From assembly GCA_963767925.1 (NCBI GenBank), contig CAVYGB010000002.1, positions 1,216,001-1,280,000 of the forward strand: a DNA stretch of 64,000 bases, written 5' to 3'. This DNA is from an uncultured delta proteobacterium. Its GTDB lineage: Bacteria; Myxococcota_A; Polyangia; Fen-1088. Below are positions 1-11,614 of the stretch, piece by piece (position 1 is the stretch's first letter; each line of letters begins with the position of its first letter). The notes beneath the pieces were generated by a model that did not search any database, had not been told where the DNA came from, and worked only from the letters and a program-made list of their open reading frames with translations. The position numbers and the translations under genes were made by a program.

Positions 1-1527
1 GGAACGGTGACCTGGTCTCGAGCGCGTGGGCCATGCTCGTCCGGTCGACCTTCACCAGCAGGTCCTGGGGCAGATAGGTGTGGAAGTTGTGATGCGAGCG
101 CCAGCGCCAACGCGGAGCGTCCCATCGCCCGCGGCGAAGAACTGTCGCTGGTACTGCAGGACGGACGCGGCAGCGACGCCCAGCTCCGGCCGCAGGATCT
201 CGTCCAGCGTCGAAGGCGAAGTAGGAGTTCCAGCGGACCAGGCGGTCGCCCAGCGGCCGCTCGACCGCCGTCAGCAGCCGGCGGGCGCGGCTGGCGAGAC
301 GTCCGGGAGCCCGTGCCTCGCCGGAATCAGGCGGGCCGCGCGGGCCCCCAGCCGCCGCAGCGGCGCGGGGAACCCGCTCGGTGACGGTGGCGGCCCAGAA
401 ACGCAGGTACCCGGCGAACAGCTCGTCGCCGCCGTCGCCGTTGAGGGCCACCGTGACCTTCTCGCGGGTCAGCTGCGAGACCATGTAGGTCGGAATGGCC
501 GACGAGTCCCCGAAGGGGCCGTCGTGCTGCCAGACCAGCTTCTCCACGAGGCTGAAAGTCGGCAGGGCGTGACCCGAAACTCGGTGTGGTCGGTGCCAAA
601 TCGCTCCGCGGCCGTGCGGGCAAAGGCGGTCTCGTCGTAGCGGGCGTCTCCGGAGAAGCCGATGCGAGAAGGTGCGCACCCGCGGCCCGAGCTGGGCCAT
701 CAGCCCGACCACGATGGTCGAATCGAGCCCGCCCGACAGGAACGCCCCGACCGGAACGTCCGCGACCAGGCGCTTGCGAACGGCCGTCGGTGAGCAGCTC
801 CGGACCGCGCCTGATCGCCTCCTCTTCGCTCGGGGGCGTCGCCGGGCGGCTGGAAGTCGACCGACCAGTAGCGGCTGACCTGGGGCGTCGCCCCCGGCGG
901 CGAGGCACCAGCCGATGCGCCGGGCGGAAGCTGCTGCGACGTCGCTGGTAGAGCGTCCCCGGCGGGGGCACGTAGCCGTAGGCCATCATTCCGGCCAGAC
1001 CGGTCGTGTCGACCTCGAGCGGCAGCCCGGCGGCAAACAGCGCCTTGATCTCGGAGGCAAACTGGAACCGTCCCTCCGAGCTCGCGTAGTAACAGCGGCT
1101 TCTTTCCCGATGCGGTCGCGGGCCAGCAGGAGCCGACGCGTCCGGGATGTCCCACAGCCCGAACGCGAACATCCCGTCGAGGCGGGTGGACAGCTCGTCG
1201 CCCCAGTCCTCGTAGCCGTGGACCAGGACCTCGGTGTCCGAGCGGAGCGGAAGCGGTGGCCCTGCCTCTCGAGCTCGCGCCGCAGCTCGCGGAAGTTGTA
1301 GATCTCGCCCGTTGAAGGTGACCCAGACCGTGCCGTCCTCGTTGCACATCGGCTGGGCCGCCGCCGGCGACAGGTCGATGACCCGCAACCGGGTATGGAC
1401 CAGGGTGGCACCCAGCCAGCTCCCGGGCCCCCTGACCATCGGGACCGCGGTGCAGGAGCGTGCCTTTCACCCGCGCAACCGCCTGCGCTCCGATCGGCTC
1501 TCCAACGCTTCCGAATATCCCGCACAT
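1..1527 (-). CDS. asnB: Asparagine synthase (glutamine-hydrolysing)-family amidotransferase, copy 1; multiply frameshifted, runs off the left edge
   Basis: N-terminal MCGIFG (ATG at 1527), HRGPD, HTRLRVIDL, PMCNEDG, GEIYN, SDTEV, LDGMFAF, ARDRIG and FASEIKAL motifs spread over three frames. Confidence 0.9.
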
Positions 1528-1859
1528 GTGGCAAGGCCTCCGCACACTGGCGGTGGGGCAAAGTCAGGGTGCTCAGTCCCGGTCAGCGCGCGTAGGTAAG
1601 TTCATCCAGACGGTCAAAACCGCAGCCGCAAGAGGCGCGCGCGGAGGGACGTGCCCATGGCACCAGCAGGCCCATCGCCACGCTTTGCGACCAGGGCGAG
1701 GAGCCGGTACGATGAGCTCGCACAGCGTGTCTGACCTGCCACAACGTCCCGGACCTGAGGCGCACCGGCTCGCAGGGACGTGCGAGCCGCGCACCGCTGC
1801 CCTCGACCGCGCCTTCGTCGGCGGCGACGGCCTCGGCCCCTGACGGCCGGATCACCGTC

Positions 1860-3041
1860 ATGCGCATCATCGATCGTCTGAACATCGGTGGCCCCGCCAT
1901 CCACGCCGTGGTGACCAGCAAGGGCCTGGATCGCACCCGCTTCCGCACGGTCCTGGTGATCGGTTCGATCGAGGCGAGCGAGGGTGACATGGCCTACCTC
2001 CTGGAGGAGGCGGGTGTCGAGGAGGTGGTTCGCATCCCCAGCCTGGGCCGGGAGATGCGGGTGCTGCGCGACCTCTCGACCCTCTGGCAGGTCGTGCGAC
2101 TCATGCTCCGGGAGCGCCCCCAGGTGGTGCACACCCACAAGGCCAAGGCCGGCGCCATCGGCCGGGCCGCGGCCCTGCTCTGCCGGGTCCCGGTGCGGGT
2201 GCACACCTTTCACGGCCACGTGCTGCGCGGCTACTTTGGCCCGGCCAAGACCCGCGTCTACCAGACGCTGGAGAAGCTCCTGGCCAGGCCATCGAGCCGC
2301 CTGGTGGTTCCCTCCCGCCGCCTCGCCGACGAGCTGGCGGGCGAGTTCCAGGTCGCCGACCGGGCGCACTTCGAGGTCATCCCCCTGGGCTTCGACCTCG
2401 AGCCCTTCGCCCGCGCCGATGGGCACCGGGGTCAGCTGCGCCGCGAGCTCGGCGGTCGGCCGCCGACGTGCCTCTGGTGGGAATCGTGGGCCGCATGGTG
2501 CCGGTCAAGGACCACCGCACCTTCGTCGCGGCCGCGGCCCTGCTGGCCGCGCGCCGCCCCGACGCCCAGCTCGTGTTCGTGGGGGCCGGCGAGCTCGAGG
2601 CGGAGGTGCGCGCCGACGTCGATCGCCGGGGCCTGACCGCGCGCGCGCACTTCCTGGGCTGGCGCCGCGACCTCGCCCGCATCTACGCCGACCTCGACGT
2701 GGTGGCGCTCTCTTCGCTGAACGAGGGGACACCGGTGTCGCTCATCGAGGCCATGGCCGCCGGTACGCCGGTGGTCTCCACCGCCGTGGGCGGCGTGCCG
2801 GACGTGCTCCGAGGTGGCGCGCGCGGCGGCCTGGTCCCCGTCGGCGACCCCGTCGCCCTGGCCGCCGCGCATCGAGCAGGCCCTGCTGCCCGAGGCCCGG
2901 GCCCGCGCCGTCGCCTTCCGCGCGCAGATCAGCGAGGAATACGGGGCCGCGCGGCTGTGCCGCCAGCTCGAGAACCTCTACGACGGCCTCCTGGTCGCTT
3001 CGGGACGGCTGGCCGGCCCGGTTCGCGCCCGGACCGGATGA
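1860..3041 (+). CDS. GT4-family glycosyltransferase (frameshifts near 2460 and 2870)
   Basis: RLNIGGPA, VHTHKAKAG, VHTFHGH, VGRMVPVKD, SSLNEGTPVSLIEAMAAG across ORFs 1860..2636, 2468..3184 and 2814..3041. Confidence 0.9.
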
Positions 3042-3108
3042 GGAGCCAGCTCGAGCGAAGCGCCAGCGCGCGAGCCGGCTGGGGGCCCGGGCAACGGTGC
3101 GGGACCGC

Positions 3109-5154
3109 TCATCGGTTGCGGGCGATCGTCTCCTGGAGCGCTTCGTTCGAGAGCGAGTGGACACCGAGGCGACGACCCAGCTGACCCACCAGGTCGGCCC
3201 GAACGTGGCTGCGATCGTCGGTCTCGAAGGGATCGGTAGGCAGATGGAAGAGCTCGCTGTAGGCGAGGTGGACGTGATGGATGAGTTTCCAGCCGTCGCG
3301 GACGATGGCCACCTGGGGATCGCTCGGGGGCCGCGTGTAGAGAATCACCTCATCCGAGGGCTTGAAGGGCGGCCCGCCCAGAAGGGAAGCGACAAAGGGA
3401 CGCATCTCGTGGGGCGAGCCAGGTAGCACCTCGGAGGTCAGAGTTCGCGCCCAGGCGCCTGGCGACCAGGCGATCAGCGGCACCCGGACGGCTGCTTCCC
3501 GCAGCGACGTTCCATGGCGCTCGTGACCGGCCTCGTCGAGCTCCTCACCATGGTCTGCCATGACCAGCAGCAAAACGTCGGCCGCCCGGGACAGAGCCTT
3601 CAAACCGGCGGCGAGGCGGGCGACCTCGGCATCGGCACGACGGACCTCCGCGGCGTAAGCTCGCATGTGGTCGAAGACGAACATCGCCCCGGGGTGAGAG
3701 ACGTAAGGAGCGTGGGGATCGTAGTAGTGGACCCACAAGAAGGCGCGCTCGGGCCGCTGGTCGGCGCCGCGCAGCCAATCGAGCGCCCGATCGGTCACCT
3801 CGTCCGCCGTGGCGGCATTGGGGAGCTCGGAACGCGGCGCGAGGCTTTCGTCCACGGTGGCGAACGAGGACCGGATGCGCTCATTCTGTAGCAGGTGGTG
3901 GTGGGTGGTGATGGCGTGCGTGCGATAGCCGGCTCTCCCGACCAGCTCGCCCAGCGAGGTCCTGGGCGCCTCCTCGCCGCCAAGGTGCAAGGCGGCCATC
4001 GCGAGCGAGGTGATGGGAGGCGTCCGCACGTCCAGGCGGGCAGCGCCTTCGGACGCCAGACGCGTGAGGTTGGGGCAGATGTCGCGGAGCTCGGGACGGT
4101 CATGACGGCCGAGGCCGCAGCGGAAGGCATCGATGGTGACGAGGACGACGACCGGCGGGCCCTTTCCCACGACCGCGCTCGGAACCAGCGCCGGCGGTTG
4201 CGCCGGGGCGAGCGGCACCCAGCCAAGGCAATCGCGTCCTTTCCGCGACAGGGGGCGAGCCCCCGGGTCGGCGTCGTCGCAATCGCCCCCCGCCAGGCTC
4301 GCGCTGAACCCATCGCGGTCGCGATCGGTGGCCCGCCGGCCGGCCTCGACGAGCTGCCAGCTCAGCCCCCGGCGCGTCCGGGCGGCGGACACGGCGCTCG
4401 GCTCGACCTGGTTGCGCAACCAGCCTGGCAGCAACAGAAGGACGCCGACCACCAGCGCCCCGAGGGACAGCAGCCCCACCCGGCGGGTGGCCCGCAACAG
4501 GATGGTGACGCCAGCGGCGAAGCAGAACACGCCGCTGAACAGCGCCGCCCGTTCCAGGGCGGGATACCCCGGCGGCACGCCCCAGGCGGCCGTGGCGAAG
4601 GCGAGGAATCCGAGGCCGCAGAAGGCCGCCGCCGGCGCAAGGGACGGGTGCCGCTCGAGCCGGTCCCGGACCGAGGGGCGCCGGACAAGGCGATGGATGA
4701 GCAACGCCGACAGGAGAGCGACGGTCATCCCCAGGCCATAAGCCATTGCCGTCTTGGCTCCGAAGGGCGTGTCGGTGAGGAAGCGATTGGCCCCGTATTC
4801 GGCCGCGATCAGGACGGTCAGGGCGGTCACGCTACCCGGCCAGACCGAGACCGGCAGGATCCGGGCCCCGGTCGCAACGATCCAGCGGGTTCCCGGAAGC
4901 GATCCGATCAGCTCGAGCAGGGCGCTCAGCCCCAGGTGCAGGGGCAGGATCAGACCCAGCGTCAAGGCCACCGATCCGAGCGGCCCCGTCGCCGCGGCCG
5001 CGAGCACCGACAGCTCCGCCCCCAGCACACCGCCGAGCGCGATCCGACTCAGCGCCAGCAGGGAGAGGCTGGCCAGCGCAGCCGCCCCGGTCGTGCGCCG
5101 CCGCCGGAGCGACTGCTCGGCGGCCTCTGCCAGTGTGGAGCTCCGAGAGGGCAT
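3109..5154 (-). CDS. Membrane-anchored sulfatase-fold (alkaline phosphatase superfamily) hydrolase/transferase
   Basis: N-terminal hydrophobic helices, DRDRDG...DCDD motif, VLVTIDAFR, WVHYYDPHAPY, ADHGEE, ELFHLPTDPFE; start uncertain (5154-5238). Confidence 0.85.
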   Translation of the reverse strand: MPSRSSTLAEAAEQSLRRRRTTGAAALASLSLLALSRIALGGVLGAELSVLAAAATGPLGSVALTLGLILPLHLGLSALLELIGSLPGTRWIVATGARILPVSVWPGSVTALTVLIAAEYGANRFLTDTPFGAKTAMAYGLGMTVALLSALLIHRLVRRPSVRDRLERHPSLAPAAAFCGLGFLAFATAAWGVPPGYPALERAALFSGVFCFAAGVTILLRATRRVGLLSLGALVVGVLLLLPGWLRNQVEPSAVSAARTRRGLSWQLVEAGRRATDRDRDGFSASLAGGDCDDADPGARPLSRKGRDCLGWVPLAPAQPPALVPSAVVGKGPPVVVLVTIDAFRCGLGRHDRPELRDICPNLTRLASEGAARLDVRTPPITSLAMAALHLGGEEAPRTSLGELVGRAGYRTHAITTHHHLLQNERIRSSFATVDESLAPRSELPNAATADEVTDRALDWLRGADQRPERAFLWVHYYDPHAPYVSHPGAMFVFDHMRAYAAEVRRADAEVARLAAGLKALSRAADVLLLVMADHGEELDEAGHERHGTSLREAAVRVPLIAWSPGAWARTLTSEVLPGSPHEMRPFVASLLGGPPFKPSDEVILYTRPPSDPQVAIVRDGWKLIHHVHLAYSELFHLPTDPFETDDRSHVRADLVGQLGRRLGVHSLSNEALQETIARNR

Positions 5155-5489
5155 CTGGTGGTCACTCCATGGCCGTGTCGCCGCGGCTATCATACGGCAA
5201 GGGCCCCACCGCCTGAAACAGGAAAGCGTTCGGCCCACTGCTGATCTGGCCGTTGAGCTAGCCGTTCATCTACTACCGGAGGTCGAGGGCGGGGAGGGTC
5301 GAGAGCGCCGATTGCTAAGCCACCTCCATCTGCGGATCGACGAACGCCAGCCGTTCAGCGCCCCTCGAGTCGGCCCGCGGGCCGAGTACGGAGACGGGAC
5401 GCCCGGCGTGAATGCTCGCCGAGAGCGCCCGAGCCTGACGTCTCGGGGTTGACGCTGACGACGCGAGCCTCTTATCTTGGTACGATCTC

Positions 5490-6536
5490 GTGGGCGTTCG
5501 GATTCTGGCGCGGCTGCTCCCTCTCTTGATCGGTGGAGGGTTTGCGCTGCTGGCCGGCGAAGGGGTCATGCGGCTGGTCAGCTACGCCCCCCGCACGTTC
5601 GACCCGCAGTTCGGGTGGGTGATCAAGGAAGGGATCACCACCCGCTGGGCGCTGGAGGGAAACGCCACCGGTCACTTCGGGCCGCACGGCATTCGCGGAC
5701 GGCGGGTGCCAGCGCGGGACACACGGCCGGTGCTCGTCACGGGGGACTCATTCACAGAGGCCCTGCACGTCGACGACGAGGAGACGTTCGTGGCGGTTGC
5801 CGAGCGGGCCCTCCAGGCAGGCGGACAACCGCTGGGCCTCGTCAACGTCGCCCAGGCCGGCCAGCGCCTTCCCCGTTACGTGGAGCAAGCGCCCGTGCAA
5901 GAGAGGATCTTCTCTCCGCGCTGGACGGTCGTCGTCCTCGGGGAGGACGATCTCGCGGATGACAGCTGGGTTCAGAACGCGACGCACTTCAGGGGAGGTC
6001 GAGAGGGACAGCCGCTCCGACTTGTCACCATGCCGCTGTCGGGGGCCGGGGGCCGACTGAGGGGGCGGGTACGTCGCTGGCGGGCCCAATCTGCCTTGCT
6101 TCAGCGGCTCGAGCGACAGCTCCGAAGCATGGTCGATGAGGCGGCGAATACCCCATTCTTCCGTCAGCCCGAAGGCCCCCCCGGCGAGCGCTCGTTCCGG
6201 CAGGCGGTCGCATTCCCGGTGCGGGCCGAGCTGGAGCTGCTGGCAGCTGCGTACCAGAACCGGGTCACGGTGTTGTTCCTGGTGCCGTTCGATGGGAGCA
6301 CCAGTCCCCCGCCGACCCCGTACGAGCGCGAGGTCCTCGCCGCGTGTGCGGCCAGGCAGCTGAGCTGCCTGAGCGTGAGGGAGGCCTGGGCCGAGCTGGC
6401 AGGCCGGGGGGGCACACCCTACGGATTCCCGAATACCTGCTGGAACTGCGGGCACCTGAACGAGGAGGGGCACCGCCTGGTGGGCGAGCTGCTGGCTCGG
6501 GAGCTGCTCCGCCTGAGGGCCCGTGGTCTTCTCTAG
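5490..6536 (+). CDS. SGNH/GDSL-like protein, probable periplasmic O-acetyltransferase partner of the MBOAT
   Basis: N-terminal TM, GDSFT motif, GHLNEEGH; overlaps the downstream MBOAT gene. Confidence 0.75.
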   Translation: MGVRILARLLPLLIGGGFALLAGEGVMRLVSYAPRTFDPQFGWVIKEGITTRWALEGNATGHFGPHGIRGRRVPARDTRPVLVTGDSFTEALHVDDEETFVAVAERALQAGGQPLGLVNVAQAGQRLPRYVEQAPVQERIFSPRWTVVVLGEDDLADDSWVQNATHFRGGREGQPLRLVTMPLSGAGGRLRGRVRRWRAQSALLQRLERQLRSMVDEAANTPFFRQPEGPPGERSFRQAVAFPVRAELELLAAAYQNRVTVLFLVPFDGSTSPPPTPYEREVLAACAARQLSCLSVREAWAELAGRGGTPYGFPNTCWNCGHLNEEGHRLVGELLARELLRLRARGLL

Positions 6537-8004
6537 CCCGTGGTTCTTTCTGTTCGTCATCGCCCTGCTGGCGGTGCTGGCCCTCCCGCTCGGCCTGGCC
6601 ACCAAGAAGCGCCTGCTGGCCCTGGCCTCCTGCTTCTTTTACGCCGTCTGGGACGTCCGCTACGTGGCGCTGCTCCTCGCCATCAGCGTGGTCGATTACA
6701 TCTGCGCCGCGCGCATCAGCGCCGCCCCCACCGGGGACCCGGCTCGTCGCCGCTGGCTGATCGCGAGCATGGTCAGCAATCTGCTGGTGCTCGCCTACTT
6801 CAAATACACCAACTTCTTCATCGACAACGTCAACGGGGTCCTGCGCGCGTCGGGTCTGGAGCCCTGGCCGTACCTCAACATCCTCCTGCCCGCAGGGGTC
6901 AGCTTCTACACCTTCAAGACGATGAGCTACGTCATCGACGTGTGGCGGCGAGAGATCCAGCCCTGCCGCTCGTGGCTCGACTACGCCACCTTCATCACGT
7001 TCTTTCCCGAGCTGATCGCCGGGCCGATCGTCCGGGCCTCGGTCTTCCTCCCTCAGATGGAGCGGCCCATCGGGCCCACCCGCCGGCAGCTCCGGGAGGC
7101 GGCGAGTCTGTTCCTCGTCGGGCTCACCAAGAAGCTGATGGCGGATCGCCTCGGCAGCATGGTCAGCCCGGTGTTTGCCAGTCCCGGGCTCTTCGAGAGC
7201 AGCACCTTATGGGCGGCTGCCCTCGGCTACTCATTGCAGATCTACTGCGACTTTTCGGGGTACTCCGACATGGCGATCGGGACCGCCAAGGCCATCGGAT
7301 ACGACCTGCCGGAAAATTTCCGGATGCCCTATTTGAGCCCCAACGTGAGCCAGTTCTGGCGACGATGGCACATGACCCTGAGCTCGTGGCTGCGCGACTA
7401 CCTCTACATCCCGCTGGGGGGCAACCGCCAGGGCTCGGCCTATCGGAACTTGCTCCTGACGATGATGCTCGGCGGTCTCTGGCATGGGGCCAGCTGGAAC
7501 TTCGTACTCTGGGGGACCTTGCACGGTCTGGCCCTCGGCGTTCATCGTCTCTACAAGCACCTGACCGGCGAACGTCAGCTGCTGCCGGAACCCCTGGCGG
7601 TAGCGGGGACATTCCTGTTCGTCACTCTGTGCTGGATCCCGTTTCGCTGTCAGACCTTCGGCGCCACCCGGGCCATGTTGCAGGGCCTCTTCGGAATGGG
7701 TTCCGGGACGGTCAGCTGGGTGTCGATCGATCTGGCCGTCATGACTACCGTGGTCGTGTTCGGTCATCTGATGGGCCTGGCGGTCGAACGCCAGCTGCAC
7801 CGCCCCGCGCAGGCCCCTCCCGGCCCCGTAGCGCGGCTGCTGGGCTGGTTCTCGGCGGAAATCCGGGAAAATCCCGTCTCGGGGCCTCAGATCGTCCTCG
7901 GCTTCCGCTCGGCGGCCGGCGCCAGTCTGGTGCTCACCTGGATCTTGCTGGCGTTCCTCCTGTCCGCCAAGGCGTCCAACCCCTTCATCTATTTTCAGTT
8001 CTAG
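6523..8004 (+). CDS. MBOAT-family O-acyltransferase (AlgI/PatA-like)
   Basis: LPAGVSFYTF, FFPELIAGPI, QIYCDFSGYSDMA, FWRRWHMTLSSWLRDYLYIPLGG, GLWHGA, FIYFQF end. Confidence 0.95.
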   Translation: MVFSSPWFFLFVIALLAVLALPLGLATKKRLLALASCFFYAVWDVRYVALLLAISVVDYICAARISAAPTGDPARRRWLIASMVSNLLVLAYFKYTNFFIDNVNGVLRASGLEPWPYLNILLPAGVSFYTFKTMSYVIDVWRREIQPCRSWLDYATFITFFPELIAGPIVRASVFLPQMERPIGPTRRQLREAASLFLVGLTKKLMADRLGSMVSPVFASPGLFESSTLWAAALGYSLQIYCDFSGYSDMAIGTAKAIGYDLPENFRMPYLSPNVSQFWRRWHMTLSSWLRDYLYIPLGGNRQGSAYRNLLLTMMLGGLWHGASWNFVLWGTLHGLALGVHRLYKHLTGERQLLPEPLAVAGTFLFVTLCWIPFRCQTFGATRAMLQGLFGMGSGTVSWVSIDLAVMTTVVVFGHLMGLAVERQLHRPAQAPPGPVARLLGWFSAEIRENPVSGPQIVLGFRSAAGASLVLTWILLAFLLSAKASNPFIYFQF

Positions 8005-8587
8005 CTAACCCGGGCCGCTGCCTGCCTCGAGATCCGATCGAATGCTCCCGAGGCTCGGGCGCGCCCGCGCTGTCGATGCAGTCTCGCTGCCCCCGCCCGG
8101 GGACACAGCCGTGCTGTCGGGGCCGGCGTGTCGGGTGCCCTGCTGATGCTTGGGCGGCGGTTCTCGTCCCACGCTGCTGAACGACGAGTCAGCTCGCTGA
8201 CGAACCGAGCATCGTACCTCGAGAAGGGGCGGCGGGGACTCGAGGCCCTCGAACTGGCGACGATTGCAAAAGATGGTGAACCTGGGTAACCTCTTCCGGA
8301 GTTTTCCGTGAACAGGCTCGACGTATCGGTCTCAGGCGAGACGATCACCAGAGAGTCGACTGCGGCTGTCCGTGCCGGCGCGAGCGTTAGCCCGGGGAAG
8401 CGAGCCTTGGCGGGCGAGCGCGACACCCCGTTTCGGTCGCCGGGGTTTCGCAGAAGGCAGGGTCTTCGTTGAAAGGGGCGCTTTTCGCGATCGTTGCCGA
8501 ATGGAAACCGACGCCCGTTATCATCATCGTTACCGTTATCGGGATTGAACGACCCGGATCCTGACTGCCCGACGGAACTAGCTTCAA

Positions 8588-10514
8588 ATGTGCGGCATTG
8601 CAGGAATCTACCGCTGGGGTCCGCGCTCGCGCGAAATGGCCGCTGACGACGCTCGCCGAGTGGCCGACATGAACCGGGCGCTGGCTCATCGAGGCCCCAA
8701 TGGCACCGGGTTGCTGGACGTCGGCGACGGGGCCGTGCTGGGGCACACCCGCCTTTCGATTCTAGATCTGTCCGAGGCCGCGACGCAGCCCATGCAGACG
8801 GAGGATCGGAGCGTATCGCTAGTCTTCAACGGAGAGATTTACAATTACCGGAGACTGCGGAGCCTCCTGGCTGCCGAGGGCGTCCGCTTCCGGTCGACGG
8901 GCGACACGGAGGTGCTCCTGCGCAGCCTTCAGCTGTACGCCGAGGGAGCATTGAGTCGGATCGACGGCATGTTCGCCTTTGCTGCTTTCGACGCTCGCCG
9001 GCGGAAATTACTGCTGGCTCGTGACCGCGTCGGCAAGAAGCCGCTCTTCGTCTACCAGGAACGCGAGGCCGTCGTATTTGCTTCCGAGCTCGGTGCGCTG
9101 CGGGCGGGGGCCGTCGAGCTGAGGCTGCGACAATCCGCCCTCTCGCAGTTCCTGGTTCGGGGATACGTGCCCGATCCGGAGACCCTGTGCGAAGACGTGG
9201 AACAGATTGCCCCGGGCGAGGCCGTGACCTTCGATGGCGGGGGTATCAAGCGGCGTTTTCACTACTGGCGCCACCCGTGGCTGCGCGAGGGTGGACCGGC
9301 TACCATCGAGGCAGAATCCTCGGAAAGCCGTCCATGGCATTCGAGAGCGTCTCCGGGCCGCGGTGGCCGTCCGCCTCGACAGCGACGTACCGGTAGGGAC
9401 CTTCCTCTCCGGCGGCGTGGATTCGGCGGCGGTGACGGCGGTGGCCAACGAGATAGCTGGCCGCAAGCTGGAGACCTTCACCATCGGGTTTGCGGGGACG
9501 ACCGGAGACGAGACCGCCGCGGCCCGCGAAACCGCCGCCTTCCTGGGCACCAACCACCGACAACAGGTGCTCTCGCCAGAGACGTTCGATCTCCTCGGCC
9601 CGCTGATCGCCAGGACCGGTGAGCCCCAGGGCGATCCATCGCTGATCCCCACCTACCTGGTATCCCGGCTGGCTCGCCAGCACGTGACCGTGGCTCTCAG
9701 CGGGGATGGTGGGGACGAGTTGTTCGCCGGCTATGGACGCTTCCTGCTGGCATTCGGCTCCGCGTTCGCCGGGAAGGCGGGCCTTCTCCGCTGGCCGCAA
9801 CGACTTCTGGAGCAGGTCAAGGAAGGTCCAGGGGCGCCGCGTTTCCTCCGACAGATCAAGCGCCTGATGCGGGCCTCGTCCAATGGACCAGCCGGCACAC
9901 TCGCGGAATGGTCCGGAGGCTCCCGCTGGCGCGACGTCGAGCTGATGCTGGGCCGTCGCCTGGACCTGGGAACCCTCAGCGCGCCCGAACAGGGCGCCTA
10001 CGACGGGGCACGCGCGAACGGTGCCGGCCACCTCCACGCTCTGCTCGTCGCAAATTTCCTTACCTACCTGCCCGGCGATATCCTCGTAAAGGTCGATCGG
10101 GCTTCGATGGCCAACGGGCTGGAGGTGCGTTCCCCCTTTCTGGACACCGCCATGATCGAATATGCGGCGTCGCTCGCACCCCTCCTGCTAGCCCGCGGTC
10201 TCAACCTCAAATGGATCCTGAAAAAGGCCCTCACGGGCCTGGTACCCGCGACCGTCCACGCTCGACGAAAACAAGGATTTCAGGCGCCCGTCAGCGATTG
10301 GTTCAGGGGCCCGGGCGGGCTCCTTCTGGCGGATCGTCTCACGACGTCTTCGGCTCACATCGGTTCGGCGCTCGATTCCGCCGCGGTAGCCACCCTGGTC
10401 CGTCAGCATCAGGCCGGCGCGGAAGATCATGGGTTCACTCTTTTTCGGTTGCTGGCCCTGGAAGAGTGGTTGAAGTGGCTCAACACCCCGGCAGCAGCGC
10501 AGCGGGCAGCCTGA
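8588..10514 (+). CDS. asnB: Asparagine synthase-family amidotransferase, copy 2 (one frameshift near 9310)
   Basis: MCGIAG, HRGP, FNGEIYN, ARDRVGKKPL in 8588..9622; LSGGVDS, LSGDGGDELFAGY, KVDRASMANGLEVRSPFLD in 9234..10514. Confidence 0.92.
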
Positions 10515-10531
10515 GTTCGTAGGGAGGAATC

Positions 10532-11575
10532 ATGGACAACACGAGCGTCAACGCACCCCTGCACATAGACGCCCCGCCCACCACCGCGCGCGAGCCGGCG
10601 CCCACCCATCTTCCCTGGGTCTGCCCTGCCCCGCACCAGTCACCCTTGCACCGATCGGGGGTCACGCTGAGGTGTCCCGACTGCAAAGCAGCGTTTCCGA
10701 TAGTTGATGGCATCCCACGCTTCGTAGACAGCGAAAGTTACGGGACCAACTTCGGCCTCGAATGGATGGCCCACGCGCGGACCCAACTCGACAGCTTCAC
10801 GGGCCTACCGCTATCGCGGGACCGATTCTTCGCGTCGACCGGCTGGAGTCCCGAGGCCCTGGCGGGCCGGCAGGTACTAGAGGCCGGCTGTGGCGCAGGA
10901 CGCTTTACCGAGGTCGTACTCAGCGCTGGCGCAAATCTTACAAGCGTGGACCTGTCTCGGGCCGTGGAGGCCAACTGGGCCAACAATCAGAATCACCCTG
11001 GCCTGCAGCTGGGCCAGGCCGACTTGCTCCGCCTTCCCCTGACCAGGGCCTCGTTTGATTTCGTATTCTGTTTCGGAGTCCTACAACATACGCCCGACCC
11101 CGAACGGAGCTTCCATACCCTACTGGAGTATCTTCGGCCAGGTGGTTATTTCTGCGTCGATGTCTACCCGAAGGACTGGCGCGCCTACCTGCACTGGAAA
11201 TATTACCTCCGCCCGCTGACCCGCCGCCTGCCACCGGAGAAACTGTACCGCGCAATAGAGTTCCTGGCTCCATTGCTGCTGAAGGTCAGCACGCCTCTTG
11301 GCAAGATCCCGAAGCTCGGTCGCCACCTTCAACGATCCATCCCTGTTGCGGATTCCTCCACGTGGCTGGCCCTTCCGCGGGAGCAACAGGAGCGGTGGGC
11401 GATCCTGGAAACGTACGACTGGTTTAGCCCGACCTATGACGAGCCTCAATCGATCGAGACTCTGCGCGAGTGGGTTGCCCGCGCTCGGTTGGACAGCGTG
11501 GAGATCTTTCAGCGTGGATTCTATATCGTACGCGGCCGCCGGTCGATGGCGGGCGTCTCGAACGCCGTTGGCTAA
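10532..11575 (+). CDS. Class I SAM-dependent methyltransferase with N-terminal Trm112-like Zn-ribbon
   Basis: CP..H..LRCPDC..FPIVDGIPRF, VLEAGCGAGRF, GVLQHTPDP; GGAGG RBS. Confidence 0.9.
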   Translation: MDNTSVNAPLHIDAPPTTAREPAPTHLPWVCPAPHQSPLHRSGVTLRCPDCKAAFPIVDGIPRFVDSESYGTNFGLEWMAHARTQLDSFTGLPLSRDRFFASTGWSPEALAGRQVLEAGCGAGRFTEVVLSAGANLTSVDLSRAVEANWANNQNHPGLQLGQADLLRLPLTRASFDFVFCFGVLQHTPDPERSFHTLLEYLRPGGYFCVDVYPKDWRAYLHWKYYLRPLTRRLPPEKLYRAIEFLAPLLLKVSTPLGKIPKLGRHLQRSIPVADSSTWLALPREQQERWAILETYDWFSPTYDEPQSIETLREWVARARLDSVEIFQRGFYIVRGRRSMAGVSNAVG

Positions 11576-11614
11576 CGCGCCCATAACGGCGTGGTCGTCT
11601 AGGAGAGGAACTCG

